A stretch of DNA of 64,000 nt from Takakia lepidozioides (lineage: Eukaryota > Plantae > Bryophyta). Positions 50,701 through 62,363 of this stretch are shown here, in pieces. The stretch is from NCBI GenBank assembly GCA_030704615.1, contig CM060731.1:76198001-76262000 (forward strand), read 5' to 3'. A model generated the notes under the pieces. That model had not been told where the DNA came from. It searched no databases and saw nothing but the letters and a program-made list of their open reading frames with translations. Positions within the stretch are counted from its first letter, which is position 1. Each line of letters opens with the position of its first letter. The translations under genes were made by a program, and so were the position numbers.

Positions 50701-53319
50701 GCTATGCTTAGAGTCTCCAGGAACAAAGCACATCCTTCTTACTATCTCTGATATCACCGTCGGTTGGCTATAGCTGACACTGGCATAGTCAACAATTTCA
50801 AATGAATGTCTGCAGCAACTGCTGAAGCATCCGATTTCCTTTGCTGATTGGATGCCAGAATCATGATTGATGGAATGCTTGTAAGGTGAGATCTACATGC
50901 CCCATCATGGACATTGCTGAGATGCATCGTATAGTGCTCATTTGTGTTCCAATTGATTGCCATCTTTGTTCTCGTGATGTATCGTTCTAGGCACAACAAG
51001 AGTAACCTCATTTCAAAGTCAAACCAACTTCCCCTTGAAGAACTGAGGACCAAAAGTCAAGTGAGTTATCTAACAATGGTAGACATGGTATCACCTGAAG
51101 TGACTGCAGTGATACCAGGGACCATAATGTCCTGAGCAAATTTGCTACAGACTCCTCGGAAAATTCATTTTCTCGGAGGTTCAAAGATGTAAGTCTTGGC
51201 AATTCCTCGGGATTAAACACCTGTCAGGACATACCAACATCAGCAAACATATAACAAAAGGCTCATGGACTGTAGAAAACAAGGAAAATTTAAGACAGTT
51301 GGATGCACAAAGGAGAAACCTACATTGGCATTTTGTACAATCTCAAAAAGTCTACACCCCAGTTATGGATATCAAAGGGAATTCAACCACCTGCTTTGAC
51401 AATATATCCCCAATGCTCATTTGGCAAGGAAGAAGCAGGATGTCTTCAACATCTGGCGATATCTGATGTATTGGTCTACATCTTGCCCTTGATAATCTAG
51501 AGAACACCACATATCCGAAGGACATATGAGTCCATCAATAGCCAACAGATAACATGCAAGCAACTTACCTTAGCAGAAAGAATTTGCATGTTGCGGTCCG
51601 ATAAATCAAGACAGGTTATATCTCTCAGTATGTGGCTTTCATTTATAGTTTCACTGAGTAGCTCCACTCCAAAGATGCCCGCACAAAACCCGATGGCCCA
51701 TTGGCCATAATTTTCCATGAGTTTACTGTTGTAGATCTCAAGGTGTGGCCGTGCTGCAAGTATCGCCTCCTTTAAAGCAGCACACCTGAATGCCAATTGT
51801 AAACATATTGTATGAAGAGTTTGAACTGACAACAGCAGACTGCTGAACAGAAAGTTGTCCCAGCTGCAAGTGTTCTCCCTTGCACTTTGTCACCAAAACT
51901 GTCATGTCCTAAAGGTCATTGACATCCAGGCGAGGCAGGCGGAGGAGGTGGAGGAGGAAAGCATGGAGGGAGATTACACTTATGAGATACATACTCATGT
52001 AAGTCGACAGGAGTGTCATTGAGCCAAAGAGCACGCAAAAGGGGAAGGCCTGCCACTGTGTGCACCACCACATCCATTGACTCCAACTGATTTCCCCAAA
52101 GGCTCAGCCCCACCAAGTCCTACGCCACAACATTAAGAATGTTAGGAGCAATCAAATTGACAGATCTAACAACCATGCATGACTGGTCACACCATATGAT
52201 CCAATTTGATTATTTCATGATATCCCCACAGGCTTAGCACCACCAAATCCTACACCACAAGATTAGAGAAGTTTAGAGCAATCAAATTGACAGATATAAC
52301 AACCATGCATAACTGGTCACTCCATGGATCCAATTGGATTATCTTACTGGAAATCTGGAAGACAAGTTCAGAGTTTGAAGGCTGGCATCCGTAATGCCTG
52401 AGTCATCAAGCTCGAGCCAAAAAACATTATGTCCCTTCTCTCTTGCTGTGGACTCTGCTTTCTCAATTACAGCTTCCACACTTGGGCATTCTGCATTCTC
52501 TGAAAACTGCTCTTCATCCTCCACCTCTTCATTATTTCCGAGGTCCGACTCATCCTCTATGCACATCAGTGCAGCCATCCTCTTAGCCAATCCTGGAGTT
52601 ACTTGCAGCTGCTACAAGTGATCCAACATGCTTGATCAATGAGTAAGAAATATATTCACACCTGAAATACTTAGGCAACCAGGGTAATTTCCACTATAAT
52701 TTGCACCAGTATCAAACCCAATCCTTGTGAGTCCAAGCTAGAGGTGGTTAGTTTGAAAGTTATGAATGCCCCAGCACCTGCCCATCCCTTCCCATACACC
52801 TAGAAAGGCATAAGAGAGGTCTGTGCTACTCCTGCACCTTGAAAAATGTGGTCAGTACATGTGGGACTGCAAGAGGTCAATTCCAACTAGACCAGTATTA
52901 CACTGATATAAAACAGCACTGCAAGCAGTACGGTTTGCTACTTCAACCTCGACAACAAGTCAGTCAAGCAGTCATCGTCCAAAGGTAGCTTTTTTGGAGT
53001 AACCTCTACCTGTAGGAATAAATGCGAACCAGAAAAAAACCCATCCATGACCCACCTGCTTACGTGCATCAGGGAGGCGGAAAGACCAGGCGTGGTCAAC
53101 TAAGAACACACTCTCACACTTCCCCATTCTTTCAGTGGAAACAAGCCGCCTCTGTGCTCCCCATTCGCTAGGCTCAATCTGGAAGAAGCTCCCTCCATCG
53201 AAGACATCCGCTGACAGCTTTTCAAAAAGACTTTGGTAGAGCGATGGCGGAAGACCTGCAGATGCCAGCAGCACGCCATGCACCTTCTCAAACTCGTCAA
53301 ATCCCTGGATGATTCCCAT
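44766..53319 (-). CDS. TTLL12: Tubulin-tyrosine ligase-like 12 (LRR + SET-like + TTL); 15 exons 53319-53056, 52608-52348, 52119-51995, 51785-51569, 51220-51095, 50611-50355, 49889-49782, 48652-48511, 48196-48031, 47725-47568, 47150-46827, 46568-46494, 45656-45584, 45300-45143, 44915-44766
   Basis: VFLVDHAWSFR, WYVMDELGSALRHSD, NQFPLEACLVMKHHLA, WIVKPWNMAR, QKYIE..KFDLRYI, HFTVMNY, YGVDIMLD and LEVTYCPDC..FFNDIFGCLFL. The frame is continuous. Confidence 0.93.
48768..49624 (+). mobile_element. RTEX-like LINE copy 2 in TTLL12 intron 7
   Basis: RPTLEYASAVW...GEFG...HFLIHRPGY...GCGVNGRKATANNVL*. It is homologous to 12301-13310 but has an internal deletion. A decayed ~21-bp TSD is present: ttctatcaaggatcaaaagtttc (48745) and ttctaccaagatcaaagtttc (49623). 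Confidence 0.85.
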
Positions 53320-53899
53320 TCAAACCGCCTTATGCCTGCTTCTAACTTGCTCCAATTTCTCTCTGCATTCGGGCTGCGATGTGCTCTCGGATTATCTCTC
53401 GATTTCAGTCGAGACCTCCCGCAGTCATTCTTGAACCCTTCAGGAAACCCTTAGTGTGGTGAAGAGCTCTCTTTTCTCCTGTCTGCCTTTTCTCCTGTCA
53501 GCAACATGACGGTTTGTTTAGTGTGGCCTGTGTTTATTGTGGCCTGTGCTTTTCAACTTGAGCACATAATCGTTTTGTATTCCAGAAAACCCCAGTTTGC
53601 TATTTTTCATAGGCTCGCTTAAATTTCGAGGCTCGAGCCTCTCCGGTCTAAGAGAGAGTTCTACTCTCCTATGTTTTCTTGTCTTTCTCCTCTTCCCTGA
53701 GCTTAGCTCTTCTTCTCGTACTTTTGTTTCTGCCCCCCTATTGCCTCGGATTTTGCAGCACTCGGTGCTTGGGCTTCGGCACCGAGTGCTGCAAAATGAG
53801 ACATATCTCCACCGAATGAGGCTCACGGCTAAACCCAAAGGCTCCGGAGCGGGAAGGAAAGGAGGAGGAGGAGTTGCGGGCATCTAGTCTACGGCAGCC

Positions 53900-56337
53900 A
53901 TGGCACGAGGGGGTATATGTTGGGCTTCGGGGTGGGGCTCTGTTACGGGCTGTTGGGTTGCATCACCTCGGACATGGGGTCGTGCGTCTACTAATGGGGG
54001 GATCAGAGTGGAGATGAATCGTGCTAAGGTTGTCTGAAACCTCCCATTTCGGAAGGGTGATTCATAATAGTGGAGAACTTCACACTTCGCTTGCATTTCG
54101 AAAGGTGGAAGATCTTACGTAGTGCAGCAGGAAGCATGAAGTGCACATGACTAAAGCTTTTGATTTGCTCTTTGCCCTTGGATTTTTCCCGTTGATTTTC
54201 CTGCTCATTTGTCTTCGTCACCAATATTTGCATTCGATTTCAAACTTATCCAGAGTGCCAAGCCAGACAACGGGCTTTTAACCTTCGAGACTCCTCACAG
54301 TGGCGTTGAGAGCTTCACTCAGACTGAAGTCGGCGTGGAGAGCAAACCCACATGGAAATGGAGGTTGGTGATCTCCTATGATGGCACCAATTACTCAGGT
54401 TTCCCCTCCAACCTGTGTTTAGTATATCTTATGCCCTCGGTAGGCCCCTTGTAGCAATCTAGTTGGCAGCTCAACTAAGGTAGAGACGAAATTGAGTGAG
54501 CTTTCATAGCGACGTGGTGTCGGCAACTCTTGGTGACCTCGAGGGGATGAATGGCAGGGTGGCAACTGCAGCCAAGGGCAAACGGTCTGACAGTGCAGTA
54601 CTTGGTAGAGGATGCACTGGCCAAGGTGACCAGATGCACACGTGATCAGCTGCTTCTTTGCGCTGCAGGCCGCACAGATGCTGGTGTTCATGCCTGGGGT
54701 CAGGTGAGACGTCCCCCTCTCGTCACCCCCCTCCTCGTTCTCTCTCTCTCTGCCCAGTATATGTCCATGGCCAAACTGGAGCTACAGCAGCATCATGCTG
54801 AAATGAACTGGTGTTTTCTAGCCTTATGTTGGTACCAGCTTTGTATGTCAAACCTATAACCAGATTGTCATTGGCTGTATGTTTGCTGGGGGCCATTTTG
54901 CAAGGAGTCCATATACTGTGGAGGGCTGAAACCCACTCTCGCAAGGAGGGCAGGTAGTATACTCCTGAGACTATGGTATGTGGTGTCATAGGTACCATCC
55001 ACAGGTAACGCTCATATGAGTTAAGTGGCCTGGTATAAAACAGTTAGTAGTTAGTACTCTAGTTTGCCCTATCTGTGCAGACCAATGGCTTTAGAATGTC
55101 TTCCATCATTTTGACCCCGGGCATGAACAATCTCATTATGTGCTGTACAGGTCATTGCATAATGTCGTCATTATCAAATTTGCGCAGGTGGCTCATTTTG
55201 TGACTCCATATTGCTTTGACCAGTTACAATCCTTGCATACATCCCTGAATGGCATTCTGCCCTATGACATTCGAGTACGAGAGGTGTCCGCAGTGCAACC
55301 AGAATTTCATGCCCGATTCTCTGCCCTTAGAAAGACATATCAATACAGGGCCTATGTTGCTCCAGTTATGGACCCCTTCCAGCGCTCTTATGCCCATCAC
55401 ATAAGGCATGAGATCAATGCTCATGCCATGCAGGAGGCTGCCTCTTACTTTGTTGGTGAGCACGATTTTTCAGCATTCGCCAATACTTCAAACGACCCAC
55501 CACTGCGGCCTCCGATCAGAAAGATCCTTCAATTCAATGTCCTTGCAACGGTGTGTATGTGTATGGCAACTAGATCTTCCATTGGCTTAAGTTAGAAAAA
55601 CAAAGTATGTTCGATGACTTTCCATCAATCATGTCTTTGTTTCTAAGAGAAGATGAAAGCAAGGCAGCACAGCAGAAGAAAAGAACCTGCTTGACTTTCA
55701 ACAGAAATTTCTGTCACACTCTCAGGTGGTTGTGATTTGGTGCAGTGTTTTGCTGAAGGTGAGAAAGAGGAAAATGTCTCGGTCCCTGTTCTTAAGAATG
55801 TGTGGGTGGTCAAGTTGTACTACAATCCACATTGGGTGGTTGCACGGTATGCAGGGTCCGCAATTGCAGTTTGAAGTGGAAGGCACGGGTTTCCTGTACA
55901 AACAAGTGCGCAACATGGTAATGCCTGTGGTTAACTTGCAAGGATCACAAGATGAAATAGGTAGGGGGGGGACAGGGTCAAAGGCTTGTTGAGCTCTTGT
56001 AGTTTTTTGGTGCACAGAAATATTTATGTATATGTGAAGTAGTGCTAGAGCCCCAAGGATCTAAGAAAGTCTTAACTGATGATGGGTGCAGGTGGGTTTG
56101 TTGATAGAGATAGGAAAGGAAGTATTACCTCCAAGAGCAGTGTGCAGTCTGGTTGCTTCTCAGGACCGAAAAGAGGTGGCCAAGGTTGCTCGAACTGCCC
56201 CACCTAATGGGCTGTATCTCATGTCAGTGGTACATGATGATGCACTTCTAGTGCCATCATCAGATGCACCCATGTCAAGCTACGGCAGGTGGCAACAATC
56301 TGACACATGCTCCTTAGGTACCGCCCTTCCAACATGA
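53900..56337 (+). CDS. truA: tRNA pseudouridine synthase A (TruA family), likely organelle-targeted; exons 53900-54028, 54254-54398, 54558-54703, 55188-55550, 55855-55917, 56092-56337
   Basis: [33 protein letters not shown] (catalytic Asp), [25 protein letters not shown] and TAPPNGLYL. Confidence 0.92.
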
Positions 56338-56904
56338 TGTGTTCCAATTCCTGTGGATCTTCTGCATTTCTTCCTTGTGAACTGCAAGAGGAAGAAATTG
56401 TGTGTTTCACAGACATTTTGGCATTCATTACTTCTCTGTCAATGTCAACCTTTATTGGATCTCTCCGGATTTTTAATCATCAGAAATAGCCGAGGGTATA
56501 CAATTTGTGGCAGACTTGGCTGCAGCTGTGTCCAATACCCCACTATCTGCCAAAGTCCAAATCAATGAAAGCAAGTTGTAACAGCTGTTTCTGCATTTAA
56601 AAACACACTCGTCCACTAAGAACTGCTTACTACCTTCGAAGCTAAAATGTGACCACCTTCACTTCCCAAACAAAAGCAGCCAGGAAACAGTAGGCAGAAA
56701 ATTGAATTGGGAATAAATATTGTGCATTGCTTGACGATACCCTGAATTGAGACCCTGAATTGAGATTAGAACCCTCATGTGGGCCAATCTTAGTTTCTGG
56801 TCAGGCTCCGATAGGCTACAGAAATGTCTCACTTGCAGCTGACTATACGGAGTTCAATGGACAGCCAAAGCAGGGACTTAAAGAGACTATAGGGGTTTGC
56901 AGGC

Positions 56905-58065
56905 TCCTTCTCCTGATGTCTTGCACCTCCCACCGTTTGATGTCAGGGCCCGGCATAGGCATGACTGACATGAGAAGCAGAAGATTTAGGTAGAGGGACA
57001 TGTCATTGTTACTCAATTCAGCTAGGAACCTAGCAGCCTTGTGGTGTGAGAATCCCACAAGGAGCTCTGCAATCATCCAGAGATGCTAATCTGTTGTAAT
57101 TTGGATGTCAAATTATGAGAGGCTTATGGACATCATTGAGCAGGAATACTCTTTAACCCTTAAGTTCCCTTTTTTGACTTTTTACCAATTTTGGGTACCC
57201 AGCTGCAGTAAATTGCCCCTAGAAACCTACCAAAAATCATCCAGAGATTCCAGCCTTATAGCAATGGGCCCAGCTCATTTATGCATGACATACCAAAAAA
57301 TGAGCCAAGTCCACCGTGGAAATTGTGAGATTATAGCGTTGGCCCGGACCTCAAATATGAGGTCCCAAAGAAAAAGTGAGAAAGAAATTGGTTTGACCAA
57401 ATCAAAACCTAGCTTTATCCAATTTTGCTTGCCCCAAGACCCACCATTTCCAAATCAATAGTGGAGTGGCTATGACCCCACTAAATTGCAGGTCCAACTG
57501 ATTTTTTCACCTATGGTTGCTATGCATGCAATTACATGGGGGTTGAAATCTCAAAATTGACAAGAGAAAATGTGCCTCTAAATGAAGTACTTTTTTTTCT
57601 ACAAAAATTTTAAAAGCCAATGGTGGATGTGTGTATGTAATGCTCACACACAACAAGGTGAAGTGCTTTTTCCAAGATTGCTAATTTTCTGCCAAAAATG
57701 GCCTTTTGGAGTGCAATCTGTTTTGGGCTTGTTTACCTGCCACGTCAGCGGTCAACAAGCCCTTTTCACGCCCCCAAAACGTAAATGAGAGATCTAAGAT
57801 ATTTTTTGCAGGTCCTAGCTTTTGTTTTTTGTTTTTTTGGTTAGACAAATCCCTTGTCATTAAAGCTTCAGGAGTGGGCCCCATCAGATTAGATCTGCAA
57901 AATTTAGGTCCAAATGCAAATTCAAAGTGACCCGATTCAGGTGGCTTGGGAACTTAAGGGTTAACTACTCTTTTCTTTCTCTCGCTGCAAACATAGTATG
58001 TTTCCTGTTTCTTCCTTTTCCTAATTCTTGCATGAGTAGCCTTTTCAGCGTTTGTTGGCTCCTCC
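56905..58065 (+). repeat. Dispersed duplicate of the DEG9 3' flank (22101-~22460), interrupted by a MITE
   Basis: Long near-identical tracts, e.g. tgtgagaatcccacaaggagct..caatcatccagagatgctaatctgttgtaatttggatgtcaaattatgagaggctta, occur at both 22256 and 57045. Homology resumes after 57964. Confidence 0.9.
57157..57960. mobile_element. piggyBac-type non-autonomous element (804 bp)
   Basis: 13-bp perfect TIR CCCTTAAGTTCCC / GGGAACTTAAGGG. TTAA is duplicated at 57153-57156 and 57961-57964. The paralogous empty site has a single TTAA at 22365-22368. Confidence 0.88.
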
Positions 58066-58279
58066 CTAGGCTATAAGGGAGGCTATAAGGGAGAGACCAT
58101 TCGTGCCAAAAATGAGTAAGATCCTGATATACCTCCACTAGATAATACCTACATGAAGCACATAATCCTCCCTCACTTAAATATTTGCTTGAATGTACCT
58201 TGATTGGATAAGACCGATAAGTGAATCTTACACATGTAAACTATTCATAAATGAAGACCCATAACAAGCAGCACAGGGG

Positions 58280-58744
58280 CTCAGAATTTTGTGTGGCCTC
58301 GTCGTAATGAGGCTGGTCAGACGATGGGGCCCGCCGTCTCATTAATATAGGAGCAAACTACCGTCATGCGGGAGTTAGAATTTTTTTGGCATATGAAATT
58401 TACAACCATCTCCATGCAGGTAGTTTTAGGATTTTCTACATGAAGGTAGTTGCAAAACCAAGCTGAAACTACCTACATGAGAGTAGCTACATACTACCTC
58501 CATGGAGGTAGTTGTAGTCAGCGCCTGCCACGTGAATCACGCTTAGGGAATGGAACCCGAGACCTACATCGCCATCGACCTACCACCATACCACAACCTC
58601 CACCGTGCCACCCAACTGTACTTTTTTTAATATCTTAGAGAAACGGGGAATAGGGATCGTTTTAATGTAGCGGGGCCTGCTGTCAAGTCATGTCCCCTCT
58701 GCACCCTGCGGCCTCATTACGACGAGGCCACACAAAATTCTGAG
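58280..58744. mobile_element. MITE-like element with 34-bp perfect inverted repeats
   Basis: ctcagaattttgtgtggcctcgtcgtaatgaggc (58280-58313) is the reverse complement of 58711-58744. No TSD is evident. Confidence 0.75.
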
Positions 58745-58826
58745 GCCACAAGAGGTCCTTTCGGGTTGATGGTCATGACTCATGAAAAAAATCAAGGACA
58801 ATGTGGTGAGGGCACCTTCTTCTTCA

Positions 58827-59050
58827 CATGTATGCCAAATGTGGGAGTGAGGATGCAAAGGGAGTGTTCAACGCTATGGCTGAACGAGATGTGGTGTCAT
58901 GGAACCCGATGCTTGCAAGGTATGCACCAGCAAGGTCGCGGGATGGAGGCTTTGGAGACCTATGAGCAAATGATGGGGGAAGGCCGACCACATAACCTTT
59001 GTGTGCGTATGCAGTGTGTGTGCGAGCCTGGCAGCCCTGGTAAAGGGAAA
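58827..59050 (+). pseudogene. Single S-P-L PPR triplet fragment closely related to the intact PPR-DYW gene
   Basis: catgtatgccaaatgtgggag...tggctgaacgagatgtggtgtcatggaa...ggctttggagacctatgagcaaatgatgggggaagg is near-identical to repeats at 33130-33290. Frameshifted. Confidence 0.85.
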
Positions 59051-59489
59051 AGAAACATTATTTTAATTCATTCTGGACTTTTGGCTTAAATCCGGACTAA
59101 ACTTAATATATATTTGCATTAAAATTAATTGAAATATTAATAATATCATGGTGTAATGTGTGATTGAACTTTGTGAAATTTCAAGTGATGTCATACTGTT
59201 TCAAAATGTGTCATATAAGAGGTCCATTTGACATTGAAGTGCTCAATGTGAAGTAGCAGTATTGAACAATTCATTGACGGTCCACTTGGAAGTCGAATAA
59301 AGTAATATTTCATTGCAGGATCACTATAAACAAATGGGTCGCATCGAACATGGGCCAGACTCCTACTCTTCCATACTCGATACAACTTGCTAGTAATTTT
59401 ATTGATTGAATCTTCATATGAAGCACAATGTTCACAGACCACGCCATTGGAATGAATCATGTTTTGGATATGACAAGGGCAGTAAAATA

Positions 59490-60830
59490 TTAGAATAGCA
59501 TGAAACATTCGGAAGAGGTACTAGGGTAGTACAATAAGGTGTGGGGTGTAACTAGAGAGAAGTGTAATAAGGTTTGGGTTTACAGTAAGGGTAAGGGTTT
59601 AGGGTTTGGATTTAGGGTACAAAAGGACAAACAAATATGATGGACTCACACTCGGTAGAATTAAGAAATGGTTGAGGAATTTGATATCCCTGTAATCATT
59701 CTATCATACCTTATCCAACAAAAGAAAATATTAAAAGAGCATGAAACATTGAGAAGAGGTAACATGGTAGTACAATAAGGTTTGGAGTGTAACTAGGGTA
59801 GAACACTAAAGTTATTGGTTTATGGTATTAATGGTTTAGGGATGATGGTAAAAGTAGGGTTTTCGGTTTGGGTTTAAGAACACTATTGGACAAACAAATA
59901 TGGAAGACTCACAGTCGCTAGAACTTGGTGTGTGTTAGTAGGATAAAAAATAAAAATAAAAATGGAGAAACAAATATTATGGAAGAGTCGTTGGGCCGGA
60001 GAAGTATTTAGATTGAGGATTCGTCCTTGGAACCTGGTATTAAGATACATATGGTTATGGTATGGATACTTCATTCCCATTTGTAGGGGAAGGGTAAGGG
60101 TTTAGACGTAACAATGGCATAGGGTTTTGTTTAGGATTCCCGACGAGGGTTTAGGGTTTGGGTTGAAGGCAGAAATGGTGAGCATACATGCCGGAAGACT
60201 CTCACTCGCTACAACTTAGTGTTATTAGTAAGGTAGCACTAAGCAAAATAAAAATGAAGAACCTAATATTATGGAAGTGTAGTCATTGCATCGGACAAGT
60301 ATTTAAATGAAAGACTCGTCCTTGGAACCTGGTATTAAGATACATAGAAAGCAAAGTTCAATTAAAAAAAGGTAAGTGCATGTCAATCCAAACCAAAGAC
60401 GAAACCTTGCGCAATGTGAAGGGCGAAGAGATTTGAATAACCATAAATAGTTATGGTTATGGTATGGATACTTCATTCCCATTTGCAGGGGAAGGGTAAG
60501 GGTTTAGACGTATCAATGGCGTAGGGTTTTGCTTAGGGTTTTCGACGAGGGTTTAGGGCTTGGGTTGAAGGCAGAAATAGTGAGCATACATGCCGGAAGA
60601 CTCGCACTCACTACAACTTAGTGTGTGTTAGTAAGGTACAAAATGGAAATTTGGATACATTGAAGAGATTTGGATAACCAAAATGGTTATGGTTATGGTA
60701 TGGATAGTTCATTTGCAAAAGGAAGGGAAAGGGTTCTGGGGTATTGGGTTAAGGGTAAATATTTAGGGTTTTTTTAGTAAGGGTTTAGGGTAAGGGTTTA
60801 GGGTTTTTGTTTAAGTTACAAAATAGACAA
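59490..60830. repeat. AT-rich block with degenerate telomere-like (TTTAGGG) motifs and internal tandem duplications
   Basis: gggtttagggttt clusters at ~59595, 60147, 60548 and 60780. Duplicated units occur at 59495/59737 and 60051/60456. Confidence 0.7.
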
Positions 60831-62363
60831 ACACTTATGAAAAACTCCAGTGTCAATCCAAAATCCTAAATTATCACAAAAAAAAAAAAAAAAAAAAACA
60901 ACACACTATGAGATTTGGAAAGAAAATGACGTTATATAACGACTTTTGGGAAGCGCCTGGATCTCATGGGAGAAAATGGATCCGAAGAAAACATGAGAGA
61001 AGATCAAAAGTCAGACCACCAAATAAAAACTAAGAGAAATGAAAATTGCTTAAAATTTGAACAACGGAAAAGGACGTGTGAAATTCCCTCTTAAACCAGG
61101 GCCAAAGATGAGAAGTATGAAAATGAAATGAAATGAAAATTTGGTGCAGAAAAGTTGTAGAGCTTAGAGGGAAAATGGAAGAAAACCTCAGAGAAAAAAC
61201 TTCAGGACTGACAAATTGAAAAGTATGTCAACAACGATTGAGTTAGGCTCTTCCTAGTATGAGACTTCCATGGGAGACTTGGTTATGCGAAAAGCAAGTC
61301 CAATGTTTCAGAGAATGACTAGAAATGGGCTATTTTCTTTCGTTGTTAAAAACCTCTTTGACCGAATTTCAAGACTCCAGTGGTTGTGCCCGCCATTTTT
61401 GTTATGGCTATGGCAGGGGACGAGGCAGAAACAGAGCGTCGAGCTCCACTAGGTATAGTAGCGAAGGAGCGAAGTTCTTAGAAGCTGTGAAGCTGCAAGG
61501 CGTAGTTGCAAGGCACTAAGGTACGGCGTAGCCAGTGGAACAATCGCGCGGTATTCTCACCAGGAGCCCATTGATGTCGATTTTTTTTCTTTTATTATCC
61601 TAGTTTCTGTATTGACGTGCATAGCCTCAAGTTTTAGAGCTTTTTCTTTTTGTTAGGCATGGAGAAGAGCTGCACAATGTAAGCTCTAGTATATGGCTAC
61701 AGTTTTGGAGTTGCTACTGTTGATATGCTTCCCTGTGAGCAAATATAGTTCAAAAGGCAATGAACAATATTCTATTGTAGTTGTAAGTGTTGTTGGGGAT
61801 TTAGGTTGAGTCTGTTCTTGTATGAAGAGGCCTAACAATGTGTTTGTGGCATGTTGGAAGGGACATGGCAGGGCAATGCTTGGTGATTGAATGGAGCATT
61901 CGGGTTTGTAAGGGCAAGGTCCATACACAACTAGTTCCCAGCCAGTAAGACAACACAAAGACTGGTATGCAATAATGTCAACACAAAGAGGTATTGCAAA
62001 CACTTCACTTACAAAATCATTGTAAGCTTGGACACAAGGCTAGGGCTGTCATTGCTGGGGCCATGACCACTGTCTTCTCTTTTTTGTGTCATGTAAATTT
62101 TTTGAACACGTAGGGCAGCTGAACTGTAGCAGTTGAACTATAGCAAAACTGTCAGTACTCAGCTGAATAGCTGAATGTCAGTATTCAGCTGTTACAGTTG
62201 AACTGTAAAGAGAGGGGGCAATCAGAAGACAATCTTTGGGCACCAGACGTGGCTTTGGATACAGCCCTAGGCTGTAGATCTACTCCCATTCCAAGGATCA
62301 GAAATGTTGGATAGCTTACATGTTGAAGCCGTGACTCTTACACATCAGGCAATTACAATCTCA

